This document shows, piece after piece, positions 24,636 to 34,480 of a DNA stretch of 43,268 nt. The first letter of the stretch is position 1, and each line of letters starts with the position of its first letter. The translations under genes and the position numbers were made by a program. The notes beneath the pieces were generated by a model. It was not told the DNA's origin. It searched no databases and saw nothing but the letters and a program-made list of their open reading frames with translations. Origin of the DNA: a virus. Location of the stretch: the UHGV virus genome UHGV-0205610, one strand, 5' to 3'.

Positions 24636-27524
24636 CTATTTCTTCGCTCTAGCGATACATACATCGCCGCCGTTTAATAACCAACCAAATGACATATCTA
24701 CACGTCCTACTCCGACACCGCCAGATTGCATTCCACCCATCTCAATGATAGATGTAGTGTAGCCGTGCCAATCCTCAGCTAAAATCGCAGTATGTCCATT
24801 TGATCCAGCTCCTCCGCCTTGGTTTACGATCAACACGTCTCCGGCTTTTCCTTGACTTTGAGGAATCTCAGTAAGCCAGTTTCTAGCGCCACGTGCATCA
24901 CTTGTCATTGATCCTGTGTACCACCCAACCCCTGGAGGTGTGCGATAGCCAGCTTTAGTTAATACTAACCAAACAAAGGAAGAACAATCGGCATAGCCGT
25001 TTCTGTCTGGATTTTCCACTGACCCAAATTGCGTTCTTAACGGCATAGAGTAGTGGAAATAACCTAGCAAACTTTTCGCAGTAGACAAAATACTTCCACC
25101 GCCACCAGATGAAATTTCTAAATCCTTGAACTTGTTGTACCAAGTTACTGCCCAACCTTGACGTTCAGGATGTGTATTTGCTGGACGTTCATAGTTTCTT
25201 TCAAAGGCATACGCTGCTTGAGATGGATCAGTAATCGCTTTGAATGCAGCTTGAGTAGATGGCTGAACAATTCCTAACCACTGACCGTTATACATCGTCC
25301 AATCTAGCAACTTACCTTGAGCAGACATTGTCTTGTAATCCTCTGTGATACCAGCTGCAGCCATCAAGCGCTGCACATATGTCCGCCCATCGTAAGTTGG
25401 AGAACCAACCAACGGATAAGCCGAGCCATCCCATTGAACAATCCCATACGCCGGTCCGCCAATTTGAGCAATATCCGGATTCATGGAAACGCCAGCTTCA
25501 CCTTGTACATTACCTAAGATGCCTGCAGCTGCTGCTTTGGAGTAACCTTTAGAAAGAAGTATCACCCATAGTTCCCAAGCGAACTTGTCCGCTTGAGAAG
25601 TGACTCCTGGTGGGTATTCTCCGTTCCAGCTCCCTCCCGGATCAGTACCGCCACCCTGACCGGGAAACACTTCCTGACCTTTGATGGTTATTTTGCCTTG
25701 AACATCCAAATCACCAAACACTCGCAACTTGCCTTGAATATTCATATCACCGTTATGAATTGTTGTTCCATTTGCGAGCATGATAAATCCTTTGCCTTTA
25801 TTCGGTGATATTAGAATGTACTTTCCGTTACCCTCAGTTCGGATTACCAGTGCGTTATCAGGAATTGGTGTTGGCGTCGAAGCATCTGGAAATGGATTGC
25901 CGGCAGAGTCCGTTGTTCCGATCGTTCCAATTTCTTTGGTGCCACTCCAGAACTGCATCCCTTTTTTCGTTAGCTCCATTATTTTTTTATTACTGTTAAC
26001 GACCTGCAATGCACCTTTTACGAGCTTTAATTGATCACCAACAGCATTAAATGAAGTTTCAAAAATATCAGCTCTAATACGCCCTGACTGGATATAGTTC
26101 GCATTGAAATTACCGTCAATGGTCCATGCGGTCTTGAAATTGGCTTCGTTAAACTTTCCATCAATGAAGCCGATACCTTCCGAATTCGCGACAAGAAAAT
26201 GATTAGAAGTAGCAATCGAATCGCCATTCATCCAAACCATCTGATAAGGCTGCCTCGAAGTTCCTTTTCCTGTATCGGATGGGTTCATCATGATAATTGA
26301 TCCGCCTTTTGCACCGCGGATAATATCAGATTGAAACTTGGAAACTTCGGTAGATTCATAAAAGGTCATTTTAGTGTCATCCAGAGTTTGCAGGGAGTTC
26401 TGAACATTAGACGCTTGACGAGTAGCAGAATTATTCAAATTGTCGCCTAATCCTGTATCTACTTTCCCGGTTAAACGGTTAATCTTTACGCTAAAGATTC
26501 GTGTTTCATAGTGATAGCCGCGATCTTCTCGATGAATCCGTATAGTATTACCTAACTTATCCGCGCCAAAAATAGTCGACTTGAATTGAACGAGCGGCCT
26601 TGAGCAATTCACCAGTTCTTGATAGGTGAGCTGAATCAGTTCAGTCGGTTCCTCGCAGTCTTCAAAAATGACTACTTTTTCTCGTTTGCGACGTTTTCCA
26701 TTTTTTGTTGGAATACCATACTTTGCGGTCATTTCAGGAATTTCCAAATTGATTTGACCTGTCGGTTTGTTGAGCGGATCACCTTTTGACTTAGACCAAT
26801 AGACTTGATCAAACTCAATGCGGCGACCATAACCGTCTCCGACTTCTTCCCCTTTGCCTCTTCCGATTAAGGAGGTAAATAGATTGCTTCGATCGACTTC
26901 CTTTTCGATTGTTAGAGCCTTATCGCCGTAATCGTATCGTTCATTACTGTACTCACCGATTTGTCTATGTACTTCAATCCACTTATCAGTGATTCCTTCA
27001 CCAGTAAGATTGCATTTAAAAAGAATCTCGCAACCTAACGTTTGGAGCATTTTCAATGCTTCTCGGACGCTGCAGTAATAGAAATTCATTGAGACTTTAG
27101 GAAGTGTTGAGTCCAAATAACCAACGCGCCACTCTCCTAACGTATAGTCGATGACTCGCTGAATCGTTTTTTGAAAGAATTCGTTCGCAGGTCGAATATC
27201 ATTGATGATGTAACCCTCAAGCTCATCAGGCCCGAAATTAACCCCGGTAAAGATTAATAGTGAACCTGGATCAGCAATCCCAGCTATTTTGTACATAGAA
27301 AAAGACGACTCGCTTTCGCGAACCGCCATATAAACTGCATCTTTAATTTCTTCATCAAACTTGGTACTGACCGACAATTTGTCATTGATTAATTCTTCTT
27401 TGTTTGGTGTGATTTCCATTTCTTGAATATTCGAGAATAAATTTTCTTCACCTACTACTTTGATGAGTTTTTGATTGTCATCAAAGAAATAGACATCTTT
27501 ATCGAAACTTTCCACTACAACCAC
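24636..27524 (-). CDS. tail-associated lysin / tail endopeptidase (Tal)
   Basis: 962 aa. C-terminal lysozyme-like motif GILGNVQGEAGVSMNP and a Cys/His NlpC/P60-like peptidase (DCSSFVWLVL...GHTAIL). Gly-rich linkers. Position Dit-Tal after the tape measure protein. Confidence 0.75.
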   Translation of the reverse strand: MVVVESFDKDVYFFDDNQKLIKVVGEENLFSNIQEMEITPNKEELINDKLSVSTKFDEEIKDAVYMAVRESESSFSMYKIAGIADPGSLLIFTGVNFGPDELEGYIINDIRPANEFFQKTIQRVIDYTLGEWRVGYLDSTLPKVSMNFYYCSVREALKMLQTLGCEILFKCNLTGEGITDKWIEVHRQIGEYSNERYDYGDKALTIEKEVDRSNLFTSLIGRGKGEEVGDGYGRRIEFDQVYWSKSKGDPLNKPTGQINLEIPEMTAKYGIPTKNGKRRKREKVVIFEDCEEPTELIQLTYQELVNCSRPLVQFKSTIFGADKLGNTIRIHREDRGYHYETRIFSVKINRLTGKVDTGLGDNLNNSATRQASNVQNSLQTLDDTKMTFYESTEVSKFQSDIIRGAKGGSIIMMNPSDTGKGTSRQPYQMVWMNGDSIATSNHFLVANSEGIGFIDGKFNEANFKTAWTIDGNFNANYIQSGRIRADIFETSFNAVGDQLKLVKGALQVVNSNKKIMELTKKGMQFWSGTKEIGTIGTTDSAGNPFPDASTPTPIPDNALVIRTEGNGKYILISPNKGKGFIMLANGTTIHNGDMNIQGKLRVFGDLDVQGKITIKGQEVFPGQGGGTDPGGSWNGEYPPGVTSQADKFAWELWVILLSKGYSKAAAAGILGNVQGEAGVSMNPDIAQIGGPAYGIVQWDGSAYPLVGSPTYDGRTYVQRLMAAAGITEDYKTMSAQGKLLDWTMYNGQWLGIVQPSTQAAFKAITDPSQAAYAFERNYERPANTHPERQGWAVTWYNKFKDLEISSGGGGSILSTAKSLLGYFHYSMPLRTQFGSVENPDRNGYADCSSFVWLVLTKAGYRTPPGVGWYTGSMTSDARGARNWLTEIPQSQGKAGDVLIVNQGGGAGSNGHTAILAEDWHGYTTSIIEMGGMQSGGVGVGRVDMSFGWLLNGGDVCIARAKK

Positions 27525-28300
27525 ACCCCTCGATACTTAATCAAAGGAGTCCCGTTGTCACTTTTGATAACTTCTCCTGTTCGCACAGTGAAACTTTTGA
27601 ATGGGCTAGTCAGATCAAGGACCCGTGTTTTATTCTCTCCGTTGATCAGTATTTTCCCCTCGCGGATTAACATTTCGACACGATCGCCTTTTTTTAGAGC
27701 CGCATTTGAAATACTGATTGTTTGCCGACCATTCGTTACTTTGACGCTGTTATCCTTTGAAGCGGTAAAACTAATGGAATCCGGCACAGAGTCATAAGGA
27801 ATATACTCGAAAATTTCCCCGCCTGTTTCAAATTGTCTAGAATACTTTCGCGGATCTGGGCAGGTAATTGTATAACTAGATACTACGCTGTCTGTATTCC
27901 CCGGAACCTTTTCTGCGGCGGAGTAGCGGCCATAATAAAAAGTGTCGAGTTCATCATTAAAATGAATCTCGACATCTTCTTGTTTGTATAAAACCCGCAT
28001 CAACTTTTTGAAACTTCGCTGAAACTCAACTGGATTTTGTTCAGTTAATTTGTAGTGGACTGTCAACAATCGTTCTGGTAAACGCTGAGCTGAAACGTGA
28101 ACGCCGACGTTCTTCTTATCGGATTCTAGATCAAGAGATATCATTTCCCGGCCCTCAACAAATAGTGTCTGGTAGCCGGGAATAATCTTTTCAATCATTG
28201 TACCGCCGTATATCATCGCAGAAGTCGGAATCCACGATTTGTAAGCGGGACGTTTCGTTGTGTCTCTAAATTGATACATTGGATTTTCCCATTCTTCCAC
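27515..28300 (-). CDS. distal tail protein (Dit)
   Basis: 261 aa immediately downstream of the tape measure protein and upstream of Tal. Confidence 0.6.
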   Translation of the reverse strand: MEEWENPMYQFRDTTKRPAYKSWIPTSAMIYGGTMIEKIIPGYQTLFVEGREMISLDLESDKKNVGVHVSAQRLPERLLTVHYKLTEQNPVEFQRSFKKLMRVLYKQEDVEIHFNDELDTFYYGRYSAAEKVPGNTDSVVSSYTITCPDPRKYSRQFETGGEIFEYIPYDSVPDSISFTASKDNSVKVTNGRQTISISNAALKKGDRVEMLIREGKILINGENKTRVLDLTSPFKSFTVRTGEVIKSDNGTPLIKYRGVWL

Positions 28301-28314
28301 GCTTCATCCTCCTT

Positions 28315-30486
28315 CTAAAATAGTAAGTTGAGATCTGCTACATCTCCTTGTTCGTCTGAAATATCCTGAACAAACGCACTAAACTCTTGCTTGCCTAAAC
28401 GAAGTTTAATTACAGCTGGTTGTTTCGTTGACTGGTTTTCGTTTCTCGTGACAGTGTGCTTCACGCCTAGACTTGCGTTTAAATTGGCAAGCGCAGGAAT
28501 GTCTAAAACTGATTCCATCGCGCGATTAATCTCATCCTGTCCAGAGTAAATCCCTGTTGAGATTGTTCCGCCAAAATTCAACTTATCTAAATCGCTAAGT
28601 GGTCCTTCTTTGGCTGGAGAGAATGGTAAATATTTACGAACTTTTGAAACAACCGCATTGATAGCCTTAGCCGGCAAACTAATTGCTGACCAAATTCCAT
28701 CTGCAATCATTTTTACCAGATTCCAACCGGCATTTTTGAAGGTGGAGAAAAATCCTCTAACAACACCGATCACCGCTTCTAAAGCTCCAACAACAATTCC
28801 GCCGAGTCCATATAAAATTCCAGACGCGGCTTCCACCATTCCTTCCCAAGCCATCGACCAATTCCCTGAAAGTATACCGAGAATAAACTTGATCAAACCT
28901 TGGATTACTCGTAAAGCACCTTCAATCACTGCTGAAATTGCTGTCCAAATCCCTTCGGTTATTCCTTTAATCGCAGTCCATACTCCAACAACGATGCCTT
29001 GAATCACACCCATAGCATTTCGAATAAATTGACCGATTTTTCCATTCCAAATCGTATTTACTGCAGCAGCGATTTCCTCGTTATTAGCTTTCCACCAAGC
29101 AACGACACCGCCAAAAATTCGTTGGATCGTGTTTGATACGGTTTGAACAGCAAATGAAATTGTATTTTTTATAGATTCCCAAATCGTTGTGACAGCATTC
29201 CGAAAACCTTCGCTGATGTTCCAAGCGAAAATAAACGCTCCAACTAATGCAGCAATGATCGCGATTACTATTCCAACCGGTCCAGTTAGAGCTGTAAATA
29301 CCCCACCTAAAGCTGGGAATGAAGTAGAAAGGAATCCGACCGCAACTTTAAGTTTTGCGAACCATACAAGCATTGATCCTCCGACAAAAAGCAGAGGGCC
29401 AATCGCAGCTACTAAAGCAGCGATCGCCAGTGCCATTTTTTGAATAGGCTCCGGTGCATTAACGAACTTTTCAACTAATCCGCCAATTGTATCCGCAACA
29501 CCTCGAATTGCTGGTGCCATGATTTCTTGAATTACTATTGCAGCAGACTCAAAAGCTCCCATCATTTGTTCAATAGATGAGTTCATGTTGTCTTGCATTG
29601 TCCGAGCCATTTCATCAGCAGCACCATTTGAATTCTTTAATGAGTTAGTTAATTCATTTATTGCATTTGGTCCCTTTTCAATTAATGCCATCATTCCTGA
29701 TAGCGATTCTTGCCCGTAAAGAGTCACTAATGCGTTTTGCTGTTGTTCCGGTGTTAATCCTTGGAAAGCGTGTTGCAACATACCAATTTGATGCTCCAGT
29801 GATTTCATGTTGCCTTCAGCATCATAGAAACTCAAACCTAACTCATCCATTTTTGCGATCATTGGATCAGTCGGTTTTGCTAAACGAGATAAAGCTCCGC
29901 GAAGTGATGTCCCTGCTTGTGATCCTTTAATACCAGCATCAGACATGATACCAATCGCTGCGGATGCCTCTTCAAGCGAAATTCCCATCGCATTTGCTAC
30001 TGGAGCGATATATTTCATCGCTTCTCCCATATCTGCAACCTCAGCATTCGTGTCAGCTGCCGCACGTGCAAACACGTCCGCAACATGACCTGCTTGACTT
30101 GCCTCAAGTCCAAATCCTCGCAACGCTGTTGCTGCATTCTCAGATGCCAAAGCCACATCGCCACCAGAAACAGCTGCTAAGTCTAAAAGACCAGGCATTG
30201 CAGCCATGATCTCGTTTGCATCAAAACCTGCAGAGGCTAGGTTTTCCATACCTGCTGCGGATTCTTTCGCGCTAAAGGCCGTTTTAGCACCTAAATCGAT
30301 CGCTTGTTGCTTCAGTTGTTCAAAAGAATCGCCAGTTGCCCCAGAGATCGCTTTTACACGACTCATTTGCTCTTCAAAGTCTCCGCCAATTTTAGCAGCG
30401 GCGACACCAGCACCAAGTATTGGCACTGTAAGAAGTTTTGTCATTGACTTCCCGGCACTTTGCATCGTTGATCCAACAGCCATCAT
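28315..30486 (-). CDS. tail tape measure protein
   Basis: 723 aa, Ala/Gly-rich with predicted helices, N-terminal TMP region (AKTAFSAKESAAGMENLASAGF) and hydrophobic segments. Confidence 0.85.
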   Translation of the reverse strand: MMAVGSTMQSAGKSMTKLLTVPILGAGVAAAKIGGDFEEQMSRVKAISGATGDSFEQLKQQAIDLGAKTAFSAKESAAGMENLASAGFDANEIMAAMPGLLDLAAVSGGDVALASENAATALRGFGLEASQAGHVADVFARAAADTNAEVADMGEAMKYIAPVANAMGISLEEASAAIGIMSDAGIKGSQAGTSLRGALSRLAKPTDPMIAKMDELGLSFYDAEGNMKSLEHQIGMLQHAFQGLTPEQQQNALVTLYGQESLSGMMALIEKGPNAINELTNSLKNSNGAADEMARTMQDNMNSSIEQMMGAFESAAIVIQEIMAPAIRGVADTIGGLVEKFVNAPEPIQKMALAIAALVAAIGPLLFVGGSMLVWFAKLKVAVGFLSTSFPALGGVFTALTGPVGIVIAIIAALVGAFIFAWNISEGFRNAVTTIWESIKNTISFAVQTVSNTIQRIFGGVVAWWKANNEEIAAAVNTIWNGKIGQFIRNAMGVIQGIVVGVWTAIKGITEGIWTAISAVIEGALRVIQGLIKFILGILSGNWSMAWEGMVEAASGILYGLGGIVVGALEAVIGVVRGFFSTFKNAGWNLVKMIADGIWSAISLPAKAINAVVSKVRKYLPFSPAKEGPLSDLDKLNFGGTISTGIYSGQDEINRAMESVLDIPALANLNASLGVKHTVTRNENQSTKQPAVIKLRLGKQEFSAFVQDISDEQGDVADLNLLF

Positions 30487-30599
30487 CGTGCTATTTGAAT
30501 CTTTTTCGAAGGTTTCGACTGCAGATTGAGCATCCTTGAATGTCTGGACAAATCCGCTGTCGGTCGCCTTCAGGTAAGCCTCAACTGAAAATGATTCTG

Positions 30600-30950
30600 C
30601 TATATCGTCCCCCTCCCTTCTCTATACTCACGAAGGTTCCTAGCAATCTGTTTCAACTCATTGATTCGTTTTTCGTCCAATTTGCTTTTATGAAAATCAG
30701 TACCCTCTAATGCCTCATTAATTCGTTCTTCGTAATCATAAAAATCGATGAACTCCTTATAAATCGCGTTGCCTTTTCTATCTCTAGCCCTTACAGAGTT
30801 ATTTAAAAAGGCTTGCTCATGACGTTTCATATCCTCGTCAACTTGAGAAAGCTTGAAAGCAATCATTCGCAATTCAAATTCTCGCAAGGTCATCTGATTG
30901 ATCTCTTTAAACGATTTACAACCCAGAAAACGAAAAGCATTAATCGCCAA
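30600..30950 (-). CDS. tail assembly chaperone-like protein (GT-position ORF)
   Basis: 116 aa; sits between the chaperone and the tape measure protein. TTG start. Confidence 0.4.
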   Translation of the reverse strand: MAINAFRFLGCKSFKEINQMTLREFELRMIAFKLSQVDEDMKRHEQAFLNNSVRARDRKGNAIYKEFIDFYDYEERINEALEGTDFHKSKLDEKRINELKQIARNLREYREGRGTI

Positions 30951-30979
30951 GTCTTCATAAAATTGACGGCTTGTTTTAG

Positions 30980-31333
30980 TTATTTTTGTTTTGCTACCTT
31001 CGCCGCTTGTTTTTTCAACTTTTTGATCATTGCTTTGGTTAAGTCCTGCTTTCCCAATTCATCAATCATTTCCTCCGAAAGCTTTTCGATATCCTGCGAC
31101 ATCAGCCATGCTTCAATTTCTGAACGACCAACTTTTGCCTTGTCTACTTGTAAAGCTTCAATAATATTTCGAAGAACAACAGGGTTATACTGTTGCAAAT
31201 AAACTAACGAAGAACTAACTCCCATGCCGAATTTAGCTCCGCCATTTTGAACTTCATAAACACGATCTAACGCTTCAATCGCTCCAATGGTAAACTTCAC
31301 TTCGATAACTTTTCCGTTAATATCAAGATTCAT
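30980..31333 (-). CDS. tail assembly chaperone (gpG-like)
   Basis: 117 aa immediately downstream of the major tail protein. Lys-rich C-terminus encoded by A-runs. Confidence 0.5.
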   Translation of the reverse strand: MNLDINGKVIEVKFTIGAIEALDRVYEVQNGGAKFGMGVSSSLVYLQQYNPVVLRNIIEALQVDKAKVGRSEIEAWLMSQDIEKLSEEMIDELGKQDLTKAMIKKLKKQAAKVAKQK

Positions 31334-31369
31334 GGTTTTCCTCCTAAAATAAAAAGGCTAGGCGTTTGC

Positions 31370-31879
31370 CTAACCTTGTCCCGATTCTTCTTCACTACCT
31401 GCAGTAGTGTCTCTAAATGCATATTGCGCTTCTTCAATGACTTTATCTGAAACAGTCGCATAGCCTTTAACCGGCTTCCCTTCGATTGTTGCCTCCGTCT
31501 CGATTTCGTCCAAATCTTCAACGTTCGAAGGAACACTCCATTTGCCGACTTTACCGCGAGCGTATCGAGCGGGGTATTTCCCTTCCTTTTGGACTCCTTT
31601 TAAATCAACATCCCAAAACTCTACTGTAGCGCCATCCTCAACAGCGCTCAGCATGTATTCATTTTCGTCATCTCGTGACGCTAATCCCTTCAATGATAGC
31701 GACACTTCTAACCCGCCCGATGTCGGCACAGCTCCATCTTTTGTCTGCTGCGACTTGCTATCGCGTGAGTATTCCCATTTATGTTCAATCTGATAAAGCG
31801 GCTTTGTCGCAGCTGCAGAATCAGCTTCGTCTAAACGACGAACTAATAAAAGCTTGTCTTTACCTTGTATTGCTCCCAT
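31370..31879 (-). CDS. major tail protein
   Basis: 169 aa at the position after the tail terminator. Confidence 0.65.
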   Translation of the reverse strand: MGAIQGKDKLLLVRRLDEADSAAATKPLYQIEHKWEYSRDSKSQQTKDGAVPTSGGLEVSLSLKGLASRDDENEYMLSAVEDGATVEFWDVDLKGVQKEGKYPARYARGKVGKWSVPSNVEDLDEIETEATIEGKPVKGYATVSDKVIEEAQYAFRDTTAGSEEESGQG

Positions 31880-31890
31880 TAATATTCCTC

Positions 31891-32283
31891 CTAGTAAAAT
31901 CGCATCTCTAACGGAATTACACAGTGCCAGAGCGCGGTGTTTGTCGTTGTATCTTGCAGCATTTGTGGCTGTGTATTATTGTTCAATATTTTCCAGTTAA
32001 AGTTTTCCGATTGCCGAAAAGTCCTAAGTTCATGCATAATAGCGCCTTTCATATCAGAAACCTGCTTACGTTTTGTATGCAATCCATAAATGTGAATGGA
32101 TAGTTGAATCGTTCCAAATAGTATTGATTTAGTCGCTGTTGGCAGTTCCTGAGATTCGCCTATGTAAACGAACGGATAAGGCGTTTTATCTGGTGGGAGA
32201 TATGTGAAAACGTTGTATCCCAAACCTTGACAAATCTTGAAAACTTCATCATATAGTTCTTGATCCGGTTGTTTTATCATCAT
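31891..32283 (-). CDS. tail terminator / tail completion protein (DUF3168-like)
   Basis: Gene order and about 130 aa size. Confidence 0.45.
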   Translation of the reverse strand: MMIKQPDQELYDEVFKICQGLGYNVFTYLPPDKTPYPFVYIGESQELPTATKSILFGTIQLSIHIYGLHTKRKQVSDMKGAIMHELRTFRQSENFNWKILNNNTQPQMLQDTTTNTALWHCVIPLEMRFY

Positions 32284-32639
32284 TTCACCAACCTTTGCAT
32301 TTCTGCGATAAATTTGACTTTCTGATAATTAAAAGCATTCGAAATAAAAGGCTGCGCTGCTTGAAATCTTGTTCCATAGTTGACGTAAGGTGCATACTCT
32401 GCTGTTGGTGTTACCATTCCCACTAATCCTCCACTCATGATCGCCATAGTCACAGAACGTCTCATAAAGCCTGTATCAACAGGTGCCTGTTTTTGCATTT
32501 GATTTGCTAACTCAGCGGTGTTCGACTTTACGACCTTCTTTGCTGCTTCCAAACTAATCGCACGCTCAATATGCGCGATCAATGAGTCTGTTCCTTTAAA
32601 CTCAAGCTTTGGTTTCATTAACGGCCACCTCTTGTACAA
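32280..32639 (-). CDS. HK97 gp10-family head-tail joining protein
   Basis: 119 aa; overlapping coupled starts. Confidence 0.55.
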   Translation of the reverse strand: MYKRWPLMKPKLEFKGTDSLIAHIERAISLEAAKKVVKSNTAELANQMQKQAPVDTGFMRRSVTMAIMSGGLVGMVTPTAEYAPYVNYGTRFQAAQPFISNAFNYQKVKFIAEMQRLVK

Positions 32640-32928
32640 TCAGGCTATGCCGTCCTGACGGATTTCTAGCAGTGGTTTCCTTGAATGTCTTGCCATCAAA
32701 CTCGATATGATCAAATTCAGGTAAAGAAAAAAGAGGCATGGTCCGAATGACCTTTGCCCCTTCTCGTATATCACCGAAAACTTTCACACTACGTTCTGTA
32801 CCAAGATCGGTCACATTAGCAACTGTTCCAGTTCGTTTTGCTTCGCCATCAACCCACTCGCCAAGATCTGGATCATATTTTGATTCCTTAGAACCTTTAA
32901 CAAAGGTGATTTCATCTGTGTATCTCAT
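32602..32928 (-). CDS. head closure / head-tail adaptor protein
   Basis: Gene order; 108 aa. Confidence 0.55.
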   Translation of the reverse strand: MRYTDEITFVKGSKESKYDPDLGEWVDGEAKRTGTVANVTDLGTERSVKVFGDIREGAKVIRTMPLFSLPEFDHIEFDGKTFKETTARNPSGRHSLIVQEVAVNETKA

Positions 32929-33251
32929 AAGAATCTCACCTTACCTTTTCGTGGTCCAAATAATCCTTCGTTCTTAAACTCGTCAATTTCTCGACGATAC
33001 TCAGCGAAATCAGAATCAGGAAAAACCATTGACAATCCCTCCTGCGAGTACGATTGCATTCCTTCTTGACCAACTCGATTGAATCGCTTCAATGTTACCT
33101 CATACGAAATATCTTGAAATGATTCAGGAACTGTTTCAACACCGAGCATCCCAGCCAAGCGGCTCTTTGTTCGTCTCTCAATCACTTCCAGTCGATCATC
33201 AATTGAGCCAGAGAGTAACTTTTTAACATCCTCTGCTATTGTTTCACCCAT
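32925..33251 (-). CDS. head-tail connector (gp6-like) protein
   Basis: Gene order directly after the capsid region; 108 aa. Confidence 0.55.
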   Translation of the reverse strand: MGETIAEDVKKLLSGSIDDRLEVIERRTKSRLAGMLGVETVPESFQDISYEVTLKRFNRVGQEGMQSYSQEGLSMVFPDSDFAEYRREIDEFKNEGLFGPRKGKVRFL

Positions 33252-33262
33252 AAGATCACCGC

Positions 33263-33556
33263 CTATCCGGCTGCTTGAGCTGTAACTGCAATTGACGTCG
33301 TCAACGTTCCTGACGTAAAGTTAATTGTAGCTGTTCCAGCTGTAGCGATCGTGGCTTCAAATACTCCATCGCCAGTCTTGGCAACAGTAACGATTGACTC
33401 ATCGCTAGATGCAGCTGTGGTTGCTGCAATCACTGTTGCAGAATCAGAAGCATCAGCTGGATCTGTAGTGATCGTAAACGTCTTAGTATCGCCTACCTTA
33501 CCGGTCCAAGTTTTTTGGCTTGGAACGATTCCGGTAGCAGGCGCTACGCTTTTGGG
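33263..33556 (-). CDS. Ig-like (Big_2) C-terminal extension of the major capsid protein, reached by a -1 programmed frameshift at CCCAAAA
   Basis: The -1 frame relative to the capsid gene is open from the slippery heptamer C CCA AAA (33550..33556, two codons before the capsid stop) to a TAG at 33263. It encodes SVAPATGIVPSQKTWTGKVGDTKTFTITTDPADASDSATVIAATTAASSDESIVTVAKTGDGVFEATIATAGTATINFTSGTLTTSIAVTAQAAG. It has no own start codon or RBS. A GTAGC/GCTAC hairpin follows the slip site. Confidence 0.55.
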   Translation of the reverse strand, partial: PKSVAPATGIVPSQKTWTGKVGDTKTFTITTDPADASDSATVIAATTAASSDESIVTVAKTGDGVFEATIATAGTATINFTSGTLTTSIAVTAQAAG

Positions 33557-34467
33557 CTGATTTTCGCGAAAGCTTCGTCTTTAACGATCATGAAACCTAC
33601 ATCCATCGTGCAACGCAAAGCCAATAATTCTTGTTCGAACAAATTGACTGGCGTTCCATCTTCATTCGTTAATGTTGACAGTTGTGCTTCTTCCGAGATT
33701 TTGAACGAGATATTAAACGGAATACCGTAGAACATATAATCGAAGTCTCCAGCGTAAAGATTGCCTTTTTCTAATGCTTTTAAGTCAGCGACAGGGAAAC
33801 CATCAATCGTATTCGCTGCACGATCATAGATGAATTCTACATTTGAACCAACCGTTTGAGCGGCAGCACGCAGTTCTGTACGGTTTTTCCGATTTGAGAT
33901 AAACGCATTTGGTTCAAACTCGTTTTCTCCTAGCAAATCTTCTAATGCTAAAATATTGTCATAGCTCAATGGACCGTTGATGACATTAGAAGCTGCGACT
34001 ACTGATTCATCTAACGATTGTGGGAATGGATTGTCAGTGTTTAACAATGTCGCTGCGTCAAACTTTTTATAAAATGCTTCAGCAATTTTTGGCTGCATTG
34101 CAGTAAAGAAATCTGACATTTTGTATGTTAAATACTCACGTGAAACAGGAATGATTACACCCAATTTCTTAGCGACCATTGTTGCATTTAACCATTTTGG
34201 TTTAGACGTCTTGATCTTTTCACCTTCACCAACCCAGTATGCGCCAGGACCTTCAGCAAAGTATTCAAATTTCTTTTCCTTGTCAGTCATTTCTTCGTAT
34301 TTCGCTAATTGCATGATTTTAGAGTTTTCCATTACCTCATTCAAAATTAGCGTGTTGTACTTGTCGGGGATTTTACCCTCTTTTGTTTCATAGACGGTTA
34401 CGTTGTCGGGATTCCAAGTCTGAGCAAAGTATTGCAAATTCATATTCATTAATCGTTTGTTTTTCAT
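33544..34467 (-). CDS. major capsid protein
   Basis: 307 aa downstream of the scaffold protein. AGGAGG RBS. Confidence 0.8.
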   Translation of the reverse strand: MKNKRLMNMNLQYFAQTWNPDNVTVYETKEGKIPDKYNTLILNEVMENSKIMQLAKYEEMTDKEKKFEYFAEGPGAYWVGEGEKIKTSKPKWLNATMVAKKLGVIIPVSREYLTYKMSDFFTAMQPKIAEAFYKKFDAATLLNTDNPFPQSLDESVVAASNVINGPLSYDNILALEDLLGENEFEPNAFISNRKNRTELRAAAQTVGSNVEFIYDRAANTIDGFPVADLKALEKGNLYAGDFDYMFYGIPFNISFKISEEAQLSTLTNEDGTPVNLFEQELLALRCTMDVGFMIVKDEAFAKISPKA

Positions 34468-34480
34468 TTAGTATTTCCTC

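Noticed and set aside
24431-25155. Short ORFs on both strands (24431..24652, 24496..24762, 24955..25155) around the CHAP/Tal junction
   Set aside because: Overlap strongly supported hydrolase genes in other frames; no RBS; composition artefacts.
28610-30529. Five plus-strand ORFs (28610..29002, 29189..29443, 29661..29930, 29964..30209, 30206..30529) within the tape measure gene
   Set aside because: All antisense to a 723-aa TMP gene with GC-rich Ala/Gly codons, which keep the reverse frames open; low-complexity translations.
31330-31536. 68-aa ORF overlapping the major tail protein gene
   Set aside because: Out-of-frame overlap with the MTP gene; basic low-complexity product.
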